A stretch of DNA of 64,000 nucleotides, taken from NCBI GenBank assembly GCA_965205215.1, contig OZ242041.1:960001-1024000 (forward strand), in the 5' to 3' direction. Origin of the DNA: Nitrosopumilus sp. (lineage in GTDB: Archaea; Thermoproteota; Nitrososphaeria; Nitrososphaerales; Nitrosopumilaceae). Below the pieces are notes generated by a model. The model was not told the DNA's origin and ran no database searches. It saw only the letters and a program-made list of their open reading frames with translations. This document shows, in pieces, positions 43,029 to 53,967 of the stretch (its first letter is position 1; each line of letters begins with the position of its first letter). The position numbers and the translations under genes were made by a program.

Positions 43029-43302
43029 GCCGCGCAGGCCCGGCCCAGAATCCTGGTCTGGCTCTCGATACTTGCCTGTGCTTCTTCCAAGACCCTTCCT
43101 AGATCTCGACTCGGGCCTGCATTTCGTTTAGAATCCTCTCTTGGGCGTGGGAGGAGGATTCCCTCCGGCGCCTGCCGTATGGGGGCAGGATCTAAGGTTT
43201 GCGACCAATTTTTCTACGCTAATTGATCGTCATCCTGCGTCACACAGCTTAAACCCGAGGCTGTGCCAAGCATTTAAGAACTATGCACGCCGGTGTGTGG
43301 CA

Positions 43303-45765
43303 TTGGATTCAAAGAAGGGCGCCGCGATCGGGGTTGGAATAGCCGTGGTAATTGCTGCTGCCGTGGCGGCAGGCATGATGGGTTCGGCTCCCGTGGATGA
43401 GGCGGATGATCAGGTAGCTCCGGATAACGAAGGCATGCCGGAGGCGCCGGCCGTTGAGGAGGCGGTAGTGGAAGGAGGGGACGGGCTCTCAGGCGACGTT
43501 ACGATAGGGCTGATCCTGCCGCTCACGGGGGATCTGGCGCACAAGGGCCACGAGAACTGGGAGGGCTCAAAGTTCGGGCTGCAGCAGTTCAACAGGTACC
43601 TTGAGGAGAGGGGCGAGCAGTGGCGGCTCAGGATGGTCTCAGAGGACTCTGCGACCAACCCGGTCGTGGCGCTCGAGAAGCTCACCTCGCTCAAGGCAAA
43701 GGGGATTGACATCGTGGTCGGCCCCGAGACGAGCTCCAACATACGAAACATCAAGGGCTACGCGGACTCCAACAACATGCTACTGTTCAGCTGCTGCTCA
43801 ACTGCTCCCGCGCTCTCGATCCCGGGCGACAGCGTCTACCGCCTGGTTCCAAACGACACGTTCCAAGGGACGGCAATCGCAAAGAAGATCCAGCACGACG
43901 GCGCCCAGGTCCTGGTTCCGATGTGGAGGGGCGACGCCTGGGGCGACGGACTCACAGAGGCCACGGCAAAGTCCATCGGGGAGCGCGGCCTTGCGGTGGC
44001 GGAGGGGGTGAGGTACAACCCCGAGTCGCCGGAGCTCTCCGCGTCCGTGTCGCTGCTGGCCGCGCAGGTGCAGGAGATGGCAGAGGATTACGATACTGAC
44101 AAGATAGCAGTCGCGATATTCGGCTTTGGCGAGACGGTAAACGTGGTGCAGGCGGCGGCGCAACATGACATACTTGACGACGTCAGGTGGTACGGCGGGG
44201 ACTCCAACGTAAAGGAGATCGGGTTCATCGAGGATCCGATAGCGTCCGAGTTTGCAAACAAGGTCCAGTTTACCGCCAGCCAGTTCTCAATATCGGAGAA
44301 CGAGGTTACAGAACAGATTGATGCCCACGTGCTAGAGGCCCTGGGACGGGAGGGGTACGCCTACATCAACACGTCCCACGACGTGGTGTGGCTCCTCGGA
44401 CTTGCCATACTGGAGGCGCAGAGCACGGACGTGGATGCGGTAAAGGCAGTGCTTCCGGAGGTGGCCTCCAAGTACTCGGGCGCCCTTGATTCGGTAGATC
44501 TGAACGAGGCCGGCGACCTCAGCGGCGCGGACTATGGGGTCTGGAGCATAATAGACAACGAGTGGGTGCTCGCCAGCGTGTATGACTTTGAGACCGACTC
44601 CATAGTAGATCCGGCCGGCGATGCGGCCGGACTCTCAGGCGACGTTACGATAGGGCTGATCCTGCCACTCACGGGGGATCTGGCGCACAAGGGCCACGAG
44701 AACTGGGAGGGCTCAAAGTTCGGGCTGCAACGGTTCAACGAGTACCTCGAGGAGAGGGGCGAGCAGTGGCGGCTCAGGATGGTCTCAGAGGACTCTGCGA
44801 CCAACCCGGTCGTGGCGCTCGAGAAGCTCACCTCGCTCAAGGCAAAGGGGATCGACCTCGTGGTCGGCCCCGAGACGAGCGCAAGCATACGAAACGTCAA
44901 GGGCTATGCGGACTCCAACAACATGCTCCTGTTCAGCTGCTGCTCCAGCGCGCCAGCGCTCGCGATCGCAGGCGACAGCGTCTACCGCCTGGTTCCAAAC
45001 GACACGCTGCAGGGCACGGCAATCGCAAAGAAGATCCAGCACGACGGCGCCCAGGTCCTGGTTCCGATGTGGAGGGGCGACGCCTGGGGCGACGGGCTCA
45101 TGGAGGCCACGGCAAAGTCCATCGAGGAGCGCGGCCTTGCGGTGGCAGAAGGGGTGAGGTACAATCCCGAGTCGCCGGAGTTCTCCGCGTCCGTGTCGCT
45201 GCTGGCCGCGCAGGTGCAGGAGCTGGCAGAGGATTACGAGACTGGCGAGATAGCAGTCGCGATATTCGGCTTTGGCGAGACGGTAAACGCGGCCCAGACC
45301 GCATCCCAGTACGACATACTTGGTGACGTCAGGTGGTACGGCGGGGCCTCCAACGTAAAGGAGATCGGGTTCATCGAGGATCCGATAGCATCCGAGTTTG
45401 CAAACAAGGTACGGTATACTTCCAGCCAGTTCTCAATATCAGAAAACGAGATCACCAAAAAGATAGATGCCCACGTGCTAGAGGCCCTGGGACGGGAGGG
45501 GTACGCCTACATCAACACGTCCCACGACGTGGTGTGGCTCTTCGGACTCTCCATACTGGAGGCGCAGAGCACGGACGTGGATGCGGTAAAGGCAGTGCTT
45601 CCGGAGGTGGCCTCCAAGTACTCGGGCGCCCTTGATTCGGTAGATCTGAACGAGGCCGGCGACCTCGGCGCCGCGGACTATAGGATCTGGAGCGTCATAG
45701 ACAACGAGTGGGTGATTGCCGACGTGTACGACTTTGAGACAGATTCCATAGTGCCCCCGGCCTGA
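43303..45765 (+). CDS. ABC substrate-binding protein (LivK-like) with two tandem binding domains
   Basis: N-terminal anchor, two IGLILPLTG...VVGPETS domains; likely TTG start at 43303. Confidence 0.9.
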   Translation: MDSKKGAAIGVGIAVVIAAAVAAGMMGSAPVDEADDQVAPDNEGMPEAPAVEEAVVEGGDGLSGDVTIGLILPLTGDLAHKGHENWEGSKFGLQQFNRYLEERGEQWRLRMVSEDSATNPVVALEKLTSLKAKGIDIVVGPETSSNIRNIKGYADSNNMLLFSCCSTAPALSIPGDSVYRLVPNDTFQGTAIAKKIQHDGAQVLVPMWRGDAWGDGLTEATAKSIGERGLAVAEGVRYNPESPELSASVSLLAAQVQEMAEDYDTDKIAVAIFGFGETVNVVQAAAQHDILDDVRWYGGDSNVKEIGFIEDPIASEFANKVQFTASQFSISENEVTEQIDAHVLEALGREGYAYINTSHDVVWLLGLAILEAQSTDVDAVKAVLPEVASKYSGALDSVDLNEAGDLSGADYGVWSIIDNEWVLASVYDFETDSIVDPAGDAAGLSGDVTIGLILPLTGDLAHKGHENWEGSKFGLQRFNEYLEERGEQWRLRMVSEDSATNPVVALEKLTSLKAKGIDLVVGPETSASIRNVKGYADSNNMLLFSCCSSAPALAIAGDSVYRLVPNDTLQGTAIAKKIQHDGAQVLVPMWRGDAWGDGLMEATAKSIEERGLAVAEGVRYNPESPEFSASVSLLAAQVQELAEDYETGEIAVAIFGFGETVNAAQTASQYDILGDVRWYGGASNVKEIGFIEDPIASEFANKVRYTSSQFSISENEITKKIDAHVLEALGREGYAYINTSHDVVWLFGLSILEAQSTDVDAVKAVLPEVASKYSGALDSVDLNEAGDLGAADYRIWSVIDNEWVIADVYDFETDSIVPPA

Positions 45766-46342
45766 CGTTCGCCACGACCGAATTCTGGCCGCCGTCGTCA
45801 AAACAAACCCGGAGCGTACCGGGCCATGGGCCGTTTGGGTTCCTCTGCGGCGGTCATCCGATCGAGGGAGCTGGCCGTCCACAGGGACGGGTTAAAGAAC
45901 GGAGCAGCCGAGGAAGTCATGCGCGGCGATGCCTGCAATCAGCGGAATCTTGTACCTGGCCTTCAATTATCTTGACTGGACCTGTCATGTTCATAAAGGG
46001 TTTCACCCGGCCATTACGGGCCGCAGTATCCACGGGTCGCCAAGGCGTGCGATGGCCAAAATAGACCATTAGCGTGCCCGCACGGACAGGACCGTGCCGG
46101 ATATCCCGGCATCCTGCCTCAGAATATCGTGATCATGGACAGGCCCGAGGCGGCAGTCAGTGTCGGCATACGTCCCGACGACTTCATCAAAGACCCTGCA
46201 TCCCACCATTGGTCTCTCCGAAGAGAGTGTCCCTGTCTCAAAAAACACGAAAAAGAAGACAAAAATCGCGTTGGCCAGCACGATGGCTTGACAACACCGC
46301 GCGCATGATTAGTCTTTTAAGACGGCTATGCGCAGGCACGAC

Positions 46343-46406
46343 GGCCGCGATGAAGAATCAGAGTTATGTCTGAGATGATGATGTAAAGGCATTTGTCTGA
46401 GCAGGC
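46343..46406 (+). ncRNA. candidate C/D-box guide sRNA
   Basis: Box C ATGAAGA (46350), D' CTGA (46370), C' ATGATGA (46375), D CTGA (46397), short terminal stem, CTTTTAAG upstream. The guides are complementary to UAACUCUGA and CAAAUGCCUU, recalled as 23S rRNA H69-H71 sequences. Confidence 0.7.
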
Positions 46407-46478
46407 TGCTATACGGACGGACACCGGCGTGGTTGTACTGCTGTGGGGCGTCCCAACCGCAGAGATTTATTTTAGCAT

Positions 46479-48152
46479 GTGCCGCATTTAGCCATGCCCG
46501 AGATATGGCTCAATTACGGGGCGGCGGAGGTGGTCTTGGAGATAATGGCCGAGAACTTGGAGGAGACGATCAATTCAGGCGGCAGCGGCAGCGACAACAG
46601 CATGGTAAGCAAGGTCGGAAGCCTTGGAGGGGAGTCGGTGATGCCGCCTGGCTCCGCTGGAGATGATGGCGATGGTGGCGATGGTGGCGATGGTGGCGAT
46701 GGTGGCGATGGTGATGGCGATGGTGATAGCGATGGTGGTGATGGTGATGATGGTAACAGCGGTGGTAGAGATACCGCCGCTGAAGGCGGCGGGGATAACG
46801 GCGATGCCGATAGCGGTGATGAGGACAGCACGGGCCACGGCAACGGAGATGCCGGCTCGGGCGTCGACATGCCTGCTGAACCCGCCGCCGACAGCAATGG
46901 CGGAACCGACGCCCTGCCTGACGGCGACGCCGACGGCCGCGCCGGGGCCGGCGGCAGCAGTATTGATGGTACCGATGACAATGCCAGTGACGACGACGCC
47001 GGCGGCAAAGCCTACGATGGCGTTTCTGTCACCACCGCCGCTGGCAGCATGGCGCGCGCAAGAGACCACATCTCCGCTCCGCGCCAGCTAGAATCCGTCG
47101 AGATCTCCGATATCCTGCGTGACATCGACGTGGCAAGACCCTTCGATCTGGTCCTGCTGCACGACTCGCAGGCGGTGCGGCAGGTGGTGTCTTCCGTGTT
47201 TATGATGTGCGAGCAACGGGCGGCCCAGTTTCCAGGCATATTGGCCGACCGGGACGTCCTGCCTGCCATAAAGCCCGGACTGCCGGAGGGAAGCGTGGCG
47301 GCCGAGTTCTCTGCTGATGTGATCGGAGGCGGGCATGGCCATGCCGGCGGCGGCAGCGACAACAACGCAGGAGATGCGGCCGACCTCGACGCGGCCGGGA
47401 AAAAACGCAACCTGATCTTTGTGGCCGAGGCCGAGTTTGACGGATTGTTCGGGTACGAGACCGTGTCGACCCGGCTGCTTCGCCGGTTCGGATCCGACGA
47501 GATGCTTGCCGCGTATGCAAAGCGCGACGGAAACATGCCGTCGCCGGGCCGCCGGACTGGAAGCTTTGCAGAGGCGGTAAAGTTTGCCGACCGGTTCGAG
47601 ATGGGCGGGATCGACATAGTGGCAAGCTCGGGCGGCATATCTGACATCTTCACCGGGCACCCGTCTGAGACCGCCGCAAAGGCCTCCGCGTCACTCGAGT
47701 CCGGCTTTATGCTGGACGTGGAGCAGCAGAGGACCCTGATTGCAAGCACGGGCAAGGCGTCAAGCAACGCCACGCTCGGCGACGCCCTCTCCTCAGTGTG
47801 GAACTGCCACCAGGCGGTGCGCGACCGCGGGCTGCTCGTGCTGGTGGCCGAGTGCGCGCGCGGCCTGGGGCCGGACGCGATCCGGATGCGCGTGGAGGGG
47901 GTGCTGCAGCCGGAGGAGCTCCCCAACCCGTCCACATACGTGGACGGCATGGAGGAGCTGCTGTTCCTGCAGGAGGTGCAGAAGCGGTGCCAGGTCGCGC
48001 TTGTCTCGGTACTGCCGGAGATGTACACCAAGAGGCTCGGACTGGTCTCGCTTGGGGGCATGCAGGAGTCCGTCACATACCTCAAAAAGACGCAGGGCGC
48101 GCGGCAAAAGGCCTCAGTCGTTATGGACGGGTCGCGCCTGCTGCTAAGGTAG
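46479..48152 (+). CDS. LarA (lactate racemase)-domain-like conserved protein with an acidic low-complexity insertion
   Basis: MPEIWLNYG N-terminus, FDGLFGYE, G.LVLVAEC..GLG. Confidence 0.7.
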   Translation: MPHLAMPEIWLNYGAAEVVLEIMAENLEETINSGGSGSDNSMVSKVGSLGGESVMPPGSAGDDGDGGDGGDGGDGGDGDGDGDSDGGDGDDGNSGGRDTAAEGGGDNGDADSGDEDSTGHGNGDAGSGVDMPAEPAADSNGGTDALPDGDADGRAGAGGSSIDGTDDNASDDDAGGKAYDGVSVTTAAGSMARARDHISAPRQLESVEISDILRDIDVARPFDLVLLHDSQAVRQVVSSVFMMCEQRAAQFPGILADRDVLPAIKPGLPEGSVAAEFSADVIGGGHGHAGGGSDNNAGDAADLDAAGKKRNLIFVAEAEFDGLFGYETVSTRLLRRFGSDEMLAAYAKRDGNMPSPGRRTGSFAEAVKFADRFEMGGIDIVASSGGISDIFTGHPSETAAKASASLESGFMLDVEQQRTLIASTGKASSNATLGDALSSVWNCHQAVRDRGLLVLVAECARGLGPDAIRMRVEGVLQPEELPNPSTYVDGMEELLFLQEVQKRCQVALVSVLPEMYTKRLGLVSLGGMQESVTYLKKTQGARQKASVVMDGSRLLLR

Positions 48153-49253
48153 GAGCGGGATGCCCGACGGGATCGGGGCGCACAGTACCGCGAGCGCCAC
48201 TATCCCCAGGTATGCCACCTTTCTGTTGGACGGGAGCTCCGACACGTCGTCCAGGGGGCTGGCGCTCGGGTTGCGCGAACTCATGAACAGTATCAGTATG
48301 GCCATTATCCAGTATCCCAGTATGACGAGCACCGCGAGGCTCCCGTAGGTGGCGTACCTGTGCAACTTCTGGCCCATCAGCGTCCTTGCCATGTGCCCCC
48401 CGTCGAGCTGCCATGCGGGCAGCAGGTTGAGAAACGTGATCAGGAACCCTATCCACGCCGCAAACAGTATGGGCGTCATTATCACCTCCCCGCCCTCGAC
48501 TCCCTTGCCGAACGCGGCCAGGCTTGCCGTCATCAGGAGGGGCTCGCCCAGGTTCCACTCGCCGAGCGCGTTGGACTCGAAGAGGCCGGCGGCCACGTCG
48601 TCTGCTATGACGGGGGCCGTGTACGCGCCGTACACGGACACCATGACGGCGACCACAAGCCCGGCCACGGGGCCCGCTATGGCCACGTCAAAGAGTATGG
48701 GGCGGTTTATCGTCAGGCCCCTCGACTGGATGAACGCGCCAAACGTTGGGATTCCAATTACGGGCAGCCCCGGTATAAAGTAGGGCCACGTCGTCTTCAG
48801 GCCGTGCATGCGCGCGGCGACGAGGTGCCCCGCCTCGTGCACCCCGAGTATGCCGAGCAGCGCCAGCGTGTATATGACCGCCATGCTGAGCGGGTCGCCT
48901 ATCTCGATTACGGTGTTGGTGCCGGCCGTGCGATAGAACCCGTCGATCATCACGAATGTGACCACGACGCCGAAGAGCAGCCGCGGCGTCCACGACGAGT
49001 TGAGTATCCTGCCGCCCTTCTCCTTTTTGTAGAACTTTTGCACGATGATGTGCCGCGAGCCGCCTGACTCGACCAGCCTTGCGACGTATCCTGTGCCCTC
49101 CAGCGCCTTGGCCAGCCCCTCGAACTTCTCCCTTACTACATGGTCGCTTATGCTGAACTCTAGAGAAAACTCCGTCTTTGTCATCGAGTCGACCGCAAAC
49201 GCGGAGTGCACCATCTGTATGACGGCCGCATGCGGTCCGTCCTCCCCGTCCAT
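48144..49253 (-). CDS. site-2 protease (M50) family
   Basis: HEAGH, AIAGP, NLLPAWQLDGGH. Confidence 0.92.
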   Translation of the reverse strand: MDGEDGPHAAVIQMVHSAFAVDSMTKTEFSLEFSISDHVVREKFEGLAKALEGTGYVARLVESGGSRHIIVQKFYKKEKGGRILNSSWTPRLLFGVVVTFVMIDGFYRTAGTNTVIEIGDPLSMAVIYTLALLGILGVHEAGHLVAARMHGLKTTWPYFIPGLPVIGIPTFGAFIQSRGLTINRPILFDVAIAGPVAGLVVAVMVSVYGAYTAPVIADDVAAGLFESNALGEWNLGEPLLMTASLAAFGKGVEGGEVIMTPILFAAWIGFLITFLNLLPAWQLDGGHMARTLMGQKLHRYATYGSLAVLVILGYWIMAILILFMSSRNPSASPLDDVSELPSNRKVAYLGIVALAVLCAPIPSGIPLLP

Positions 49254-49338
49254 GTCAAGTGTGGGCGGTGCGGCTCTTATTGTCTCTTGCTTGCCGCAGC
49301 GGACTTGAATTAAATATCGTCGCCGCCAATTTGCGCGC

Positions 49339-49836
49339 ATGCAGGTGATCCTCAGGAGCGTGGGAGGTTGTAGCATACGAAGGGCCGACGTGTCCGACAT
49401 AGTCCCCGTGATGGAGGTCAACCTGCGGACGCTGCCGGAGCACTACTCGGACTATTTCTACGAGGCCATACTCTCGGAGCTGCCGGAGGCCTTCCTGGTG
49501 GCCGAGGCCGACGGCCGCCACGTCGGGTACATCATGTGCAAGATCGAGCACGGCTTCTCCAACTTTAAGAGGCTGGGCTTTGTCAAGAAGGGGCACATGG
49601 TATCCGTCGCCGTGCTTGACCGGTACCGCAGGGGCGGGATCGGACGGGCCCTGGTCGAGGAGGCCACGAAGGGCATCGCCGTGCGCGGGTGCGACGAGTT
49701 CTACCTGGAGGTGCGGTGCAGCAACACCGGCGCCGTAAAGCTGTACGAGGATCTCGGCTTTGAGGTTCGGCAGAGGCTTGGCGCGTACTACAAGGACGGG
49801 GAGGACGCGTACCTGATGTCCCTTGAGATGAACTGA
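49339..49836 (+). CDS. N-terminal acetyltransferase (Ard1/RimI-like GNAT)
   Basis: LPEHY, GHMVSVAV..YRRGGIG, LEVRCSN, YYKDGEDAY. Confidence 0.92.
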   Translation: MQVILRSVGGCSIRRADVSDIVPVMEVNLRTLPEHYSDYFYEAILSELPEAFLVAEADGRHVGYIMCKIEHGFSNFKRLGFVKKGHMVSVAVLDRYRRGGIGRALVEEATKGIAVRGCDEFYLEVRCSNTGAVKLYEDLGFEVRQRLGAYYKDGEDAYLMSLEMN

Positions 49837-49969
49837 TCTTTTTGCGCGACGCGGGCGGCGGTGGCGACGACGACGACGGGGCGCCCCGCCTGATCACGAG
49901 ATTGCAGGCGCGGCGCAGCGCCTCCCGCGCCAACCATGTTGCGTCCATGGCGTATGCGTAACATCTAAA

Positions 49970-51700
49970 ATGGCCGTACCGGGTCCGTTCGGTGTGAAGG
50001 TAAGGGTATCTGGAACCGCCAAGCCCGGAGTTGAGATGTTGTGCGGGTTCGCGTTCTCTGATGACAAGGGACTGCCCCGCTTTGTGAGCGCGGGCGGACA
50101 CGGCAATGCCGTACCTGACAAGGACCTTGCATCGGCCCTGAGGCAGACTGCCCGGGACGTGGCAGGCAAGCAGGGCAGGATTGCCGTGATTCCGGTCCCG
50201 TCCAAAAGGCCGGCAAGGCGCCTGCTTGTCGCGGGTCTTGGAAGCCACAAGGAGGCCACGTACGACGCGGTGCGCCACGTGTCCGGAAAGATTGCAAAGA
50301 AGGCGGCGGAGCTAAAGCTCGGGGAGTTTGCCGTCGTGGTACCGCGGCTTGGAGCCGGTTCCACGCAGGCCGGAGCCGCCTCTGCCATTGTGGAGGGCTC
50401 GAAGATGGCCACATACAAGTTTGACAGGTTCAAGGGCGCAGGCGGTGACGACGGCGACGTCGGTGACGACGGCGACGGCGACGGCGGTTTCGGATATGGC
50501 GCAGAGGGCGGGGGCGCGACTCGCGGCTCTTCCCCGCCCGTCACCAGATCGGGACTGGTCTCCGAGGTGCTCTCGGCCGGGGACGCGGCAGGCCCCGACT
50601 TGGTTATCGTGTGCGACGGCCCGCCAAAGAAGGAGCAGAAGAAGAAGGGGGAGACGCTTGACGACGTATCGAAGGCGGTGCGGACATCCTCCGTGATATC
50701 AGACGGCAACCTGTTCGTGCGCAGCGTGGCAAACCTGCCCCCGAACGAGTGCACTCCCCAGACGCTTGCCGACATTGCGCGCGGGATCGCCAGAAAGGAC
50801 GGCCGCCTCAAGTGCACCGTGGTGTCAAAGGGCGCCCTCAAGAGGCGCGGCTTTGGGGGCATCACGGCGGTGGGGCAGGGCAGCAAGAACGAGCCCAAGC
50901 TGATAATACTCGAGTACAGGGGCGCCCCGGGCCGCAGGAGCGGTCGGGCCTCTTCTGCCGCCGCCGCCGGGCCGATTGTTCTGGTCGGCAAGGCCGTCAC
51001 GTTTGACACGGGCGGGATATCGCTCAAGCCGGGGGCCAGCATGGACGAGATGAAGTTTGACAAGTGCGGAGGTTGCACAGTCCTTGGCATAATCAGGACG
51101 GCCGCCAAGCTGCGGCTGAAAACCGACATCGTGTGCATAGTTCCCGCGGTGGAGAACATGCCCGGCGGCGAGTCGTACAGGCCCGGCGACATCATACGGC
51201 TGTACAGCGGCAAGACTGCGGAGATACTGAACACGGACGCGGAGGGCAGGCTCATCCTCGCAGACGCCCTTGCATACGGGGAGCGCCACCACAGGCCCAG
51301 GGAGATAATCGACTTTGCCACGCTGACCGGAGCGTGCATCGTCGCGCTGGGAAACGACGTGGCCGGAATGGTCTCAAACGACTCGGGCCTGGCAGATGCA
51401 ATCAGGCAGTCCGCCGCGCGCACCTCCGAGTCGGTATGGGAGCTCCCGCTTGACCAGAACTACATGGACATGATAAAGTCGCCCGTGGCCGACATGAGGA
51501 ACATGGGGATCGGGAGGGCCGCGGGCACCATTGTGGCGGCCGCATTTCTGAGAAACGCGATAGAGGACACGCCGTGGGCGCACCTGGACATAGCCGGGGT
51601 GGCCTGGACGCAGACGTCCACAAAGTCGCGCTCCTACAAGTCAAAGGGGGCCACGGGGTTCGGGCTGCGGCTCGTAATGGATCACCTGCTTGAGCAGTGA
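49970..51700 (+). CDS. pepA: leucyl aminopeptidase (M17)
   Basis: GKAVTFDTGG, MKFD, NTDAEGRL, WAHLDIAG. Confidence 0.95.
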   Translation: MAVPGPFGVKVRVSGTAKPGVEMLCGFAFSDDKGLPRFVSAGGHGNAVPDKDLASALRQTARDVAGKQGRIAVIPVPSKRPARRLLVAGLGSHKEATYDAVRHVSGKIAKKAAELKLGEFAVVVPRLGAGSTQAGAASAIVEGSKMATYKFDRFKGAGGDDGDVGDDGDGDGGFGYGAEGGGATRGSSPPVTRSGLVSEVLSAGDAAGPDLVIVCDGPPKKEQKKKGETLDDVSKAVRTSSVISDGNLFVRSVANLPPNECTPQTLADIARGIARKDGRLKCTVVSKGALKRRGFGGITAVGQGSKNEPKLIILEYRGAPGRRSGRASSAAAAGPIVLVGKAVTFDTGGISLKPGASMDEMKFDKCGGCTVLGIIRTAAKLRLKTDIVCIVPAVENMPGGESYRPGDIIRLYSGKTAEILNTDAEGRLILADALAYGERHHRPREIIDFATLTGACIVALGNDVAGMVSNDSGLADAIRQSAARTSESVWELPLDQNYMDMIKSPVADMRNMGIGRAAGTIVAAAFLRNAIEDTPWAHLDIAGVAWTQTSTKSRSYKSKGATGFGLRLVMDHLLEQ

Positions 51701-51716
51701 GCTACGTCGCGCGCAA

Positions 51717-51848
51717 CTAGTACCCGCGGCTGTTCCTGTCCGGCTTGCCCACGTTGGGGTTTCTCCAGCCGTGCTTTTCCATCATGTGGTTGAGCAGCCT
51801 GATGTCGTTGTCGCACCGTTCGCCGCATACGGAGCACGTGGGACTCAT
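51717..51848 (-). CDS. small C2H2 zinc-finger protein
   Basis: MSPTCSVC...LLNHMMEKH; TTAATAT upstream. Confidence 0.6.
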   Translation of the reverse strand: MSPTCSVCGERCDNDIRLLNHMMEKHGWRNPNVGKPDRNSRGY

Positions 51849-52170
51849 GGCATGCGCGGCGCGCGCGGCCGATATTAACCGTGTGCCTTGTAGCGGTGAC
51901 GATGGTGGCAACGACGATGGCGGCAACGACAATGGCAATGATGATGATGAAAATGCCAGCACTGTTGCTTCCCAAGGGCTCTCGCATCTTAGTAGCACAA
52001 CAGCGACATCAGGTTTGACTTCCAAGTTCGGAACGGGATTGGGTCGCGCCCTGACGCTATGGCCGGCTTGGCCCGTGTACTCGACGCCTGCCTATTAACG
52101 TAACGGATCCCGTCCCGCGGCGCGCATGGGCGCACGCAAGTATAAAGCGAGGCCGCCCCACACATGGTTC

Positions 52171-53967
52171 ATGACACACAGGGTGGCCGTCCTTGACACC
52201 GACCTCTGCCAGCCGCGCAAGTGCGGGCTGGAGTGCATAAAGTACTGCCCCGTCAACAAGTCCGGCGCCGACTGCATCACGCTGGACGAGGAGGGCACGA
52301 AAAAGGCCCGCATCGACGAGGACATCTGCAACGGGTGCGGCATCTGCGTCAAGGTGTGTCCTTTCGAGGCCATTACGATAGTAAACCTCGCCGAGGAGCT
52401 GGCGTCCGACAAGGTCCATCAGTACGGCCCCAACTCGTTCCGCCTGTATCGGCTGCCCGTCCCGAGGAAGGGCGAGGTGATGGGCCTGCTGGGCCGCAAC
52501 GGCATGGGGAAGAGCACCATCGTGGGCATACTGTCCGGAAACATAATGCCCAACCTGGGCAGGTACGAGGACCCGCCCCAGTGGGACGAGATTCTCAAGT
52601 ATTACGGGGGCACCGAGCTGAAGGGCCACTTTGAGCGCATCATGCGCGGCGACGCCGCGTTCTCCATCAAGCCGCAGCAGGTCACCATGCTGGCGTCGGC
52701 CTTTGAGGGCACGGCGTCGGAGCTGATCGCAAAGTACGACCAGCGCGGGGTCGCGCGCCAGATGATCCGGGACCTGGACCTCGCAAACTCCGTGGACCGC
52801 AGGCTGTCGGAGCTCAGCGGGGGCGAGCTGCAGCGGGTGGCCGTGGCAGTCGCCGCGTCAAGGGACGCCGAGTTCTACTTTTTCGACGAGCCGTCCTCGT
52901 ACAACGACGTGTTCCAGAGGATCGGCGTGGCCAGGGTCATACAGGATCTGGCCAAGATCGGCAGGAGCGTGATGGTCGTGGAGCACGACCTGACGCTGCT
53001 TGACTTTCTGAGCGACTACATCGAGGTGGTCTACGGGGAGCCCGCCGCGTACGGCATAGTGTCAAGCGTGCTCTCGACCAAGGTGGGCGTCAACGTCTTC
53101 CTTGAGGGGTACCTGCCTTCCGAGAACGTCAGGTTCAGGGACAAAAAGTTCTCCTTTGACGCGTCGTCCGCGTCGCAGCCTGACGACGCGTTCGTGACGG
53201 GCGACGTCATAGTGTCCTATCCGAGCCTTGAGAGGAGGTACGAGTCGTTCTCCGTGAGCGTGGGGCCGGGGCGGGTCCGCAAGGGCGAGATCCTGGGGGT
53301 GATGGGGGCAAACGCGCTGGGCAAGACCACGATGATGAAGATGATTGCGGGCGCTGAGAAGCCCGACTCCGGCGCGGTGGACTCGAAGATAAAGCTGGCC
53401 TACAAGCCCCAGTACCTACAGGGCTCCTCGTCGGACGCCGAGGTCGTGTCCCTGCTGTCTGAGGCAAACGGGGATCCGATCGAGGGGAGCATGGAGGAGG
53501 AGCAGATCATCGACCCGCTGCGCGTCAAAAAGCTGTACAACAAGGCCGTCTCTCACCTCTCCGGGGGCGAGCTGCAGAAGGTGGCCGTCGCCGCGTGCCT
53601 GCTGCAGAAGGTGGACCTGTACGCGCTCGACGAGCCGTCTGCATTCCTTGACGTGGAGGACAGGATAGCGCTTGCAAAGTTCATACAAAAGTTCGTCAGG
53701 TCGTTTGGCAAGTCCGCGATAATCATCGACCACGACCTGCAGCTCATGGACCTGATATCCGACAGCATGATAATATTCGGCGGCGAGCCGGGCGTCCGGG
53801 GGGAGGCGACGGGGCCCATGCCCAAGAAGGAGGCCATGAACAGGTTTCTCAGCTCCCTTGACATGTCGTTTAGGCGGGATGAGAGGAGCATGCGGCCGCG
53901 CGTCAACAAGCCCGGCAGCAGGCTTGACAAGTCGCAGAAGACGGAGGGGAGGTTCTACTATGCGTGA
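52171..53967 (+). CDS. ribosome recycling ATPase ABCE1/RLI
   Basis: N-terminal Fe-S Cys clusters, two ABC domains with LSGGELQ. Confidence 0.96.
   Translation: MTHRVAVLDTDLCQPRKCGLECIKYCPVNKSGADCITLDEEGTKKARIDEDICNGCGICVKVCPFEAITIVNLAEELASDKVHQYGPNSFRLYRLPVPRKGEVMGLLGRNGMGKSTIVGILSGNIMPNLGRYEDPPQWDEILKYYGGTELKGHFERIMRGDAAFSIKPQQVTMLASAFEGTASELIAKYDQRGVARQMIRDLDLANSVDRRLSELSGGELQRVAVAVAASRDAEFYFFDEPSSYNDVFQRIGVARVIQDLAKIGRSVMVVEHDLTLLDFLSDYIEVVYGEPAAYGIVSSVLSTKVGVNVFLEGYLPSENVRFRDKKFSFDASSASQPDDAFVTGDVIVSYPSLERRYESFSVSVGPGRVRKGEILGVMGANALGKTTMMKMIAGAEKPDSGAVDSKIKLAYKPQYLQGSSSDAEVVSLLSEANGDPIEGSMEEEQIIDPLRVKKLYNKAVSHLSGGELQKVAVAACLLQKVDLYALDEPSAFLDVEDRIALAKFIQKFVRSFGKSAIIIDHDLQLMDLISDSMIIFGGEPGVRGEATGPMPKKEAMNRFLSSLDMSFRRDERSMRPRVNKPGSRLDKSQKTEGRFYYA

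Noticed and set aside
46110-46200. Second C/D-box RNA on the minus strand (TGATGA...CTGA...CTGA)
   Set aside because: Box spacing is non-canonical and no target was recognised.
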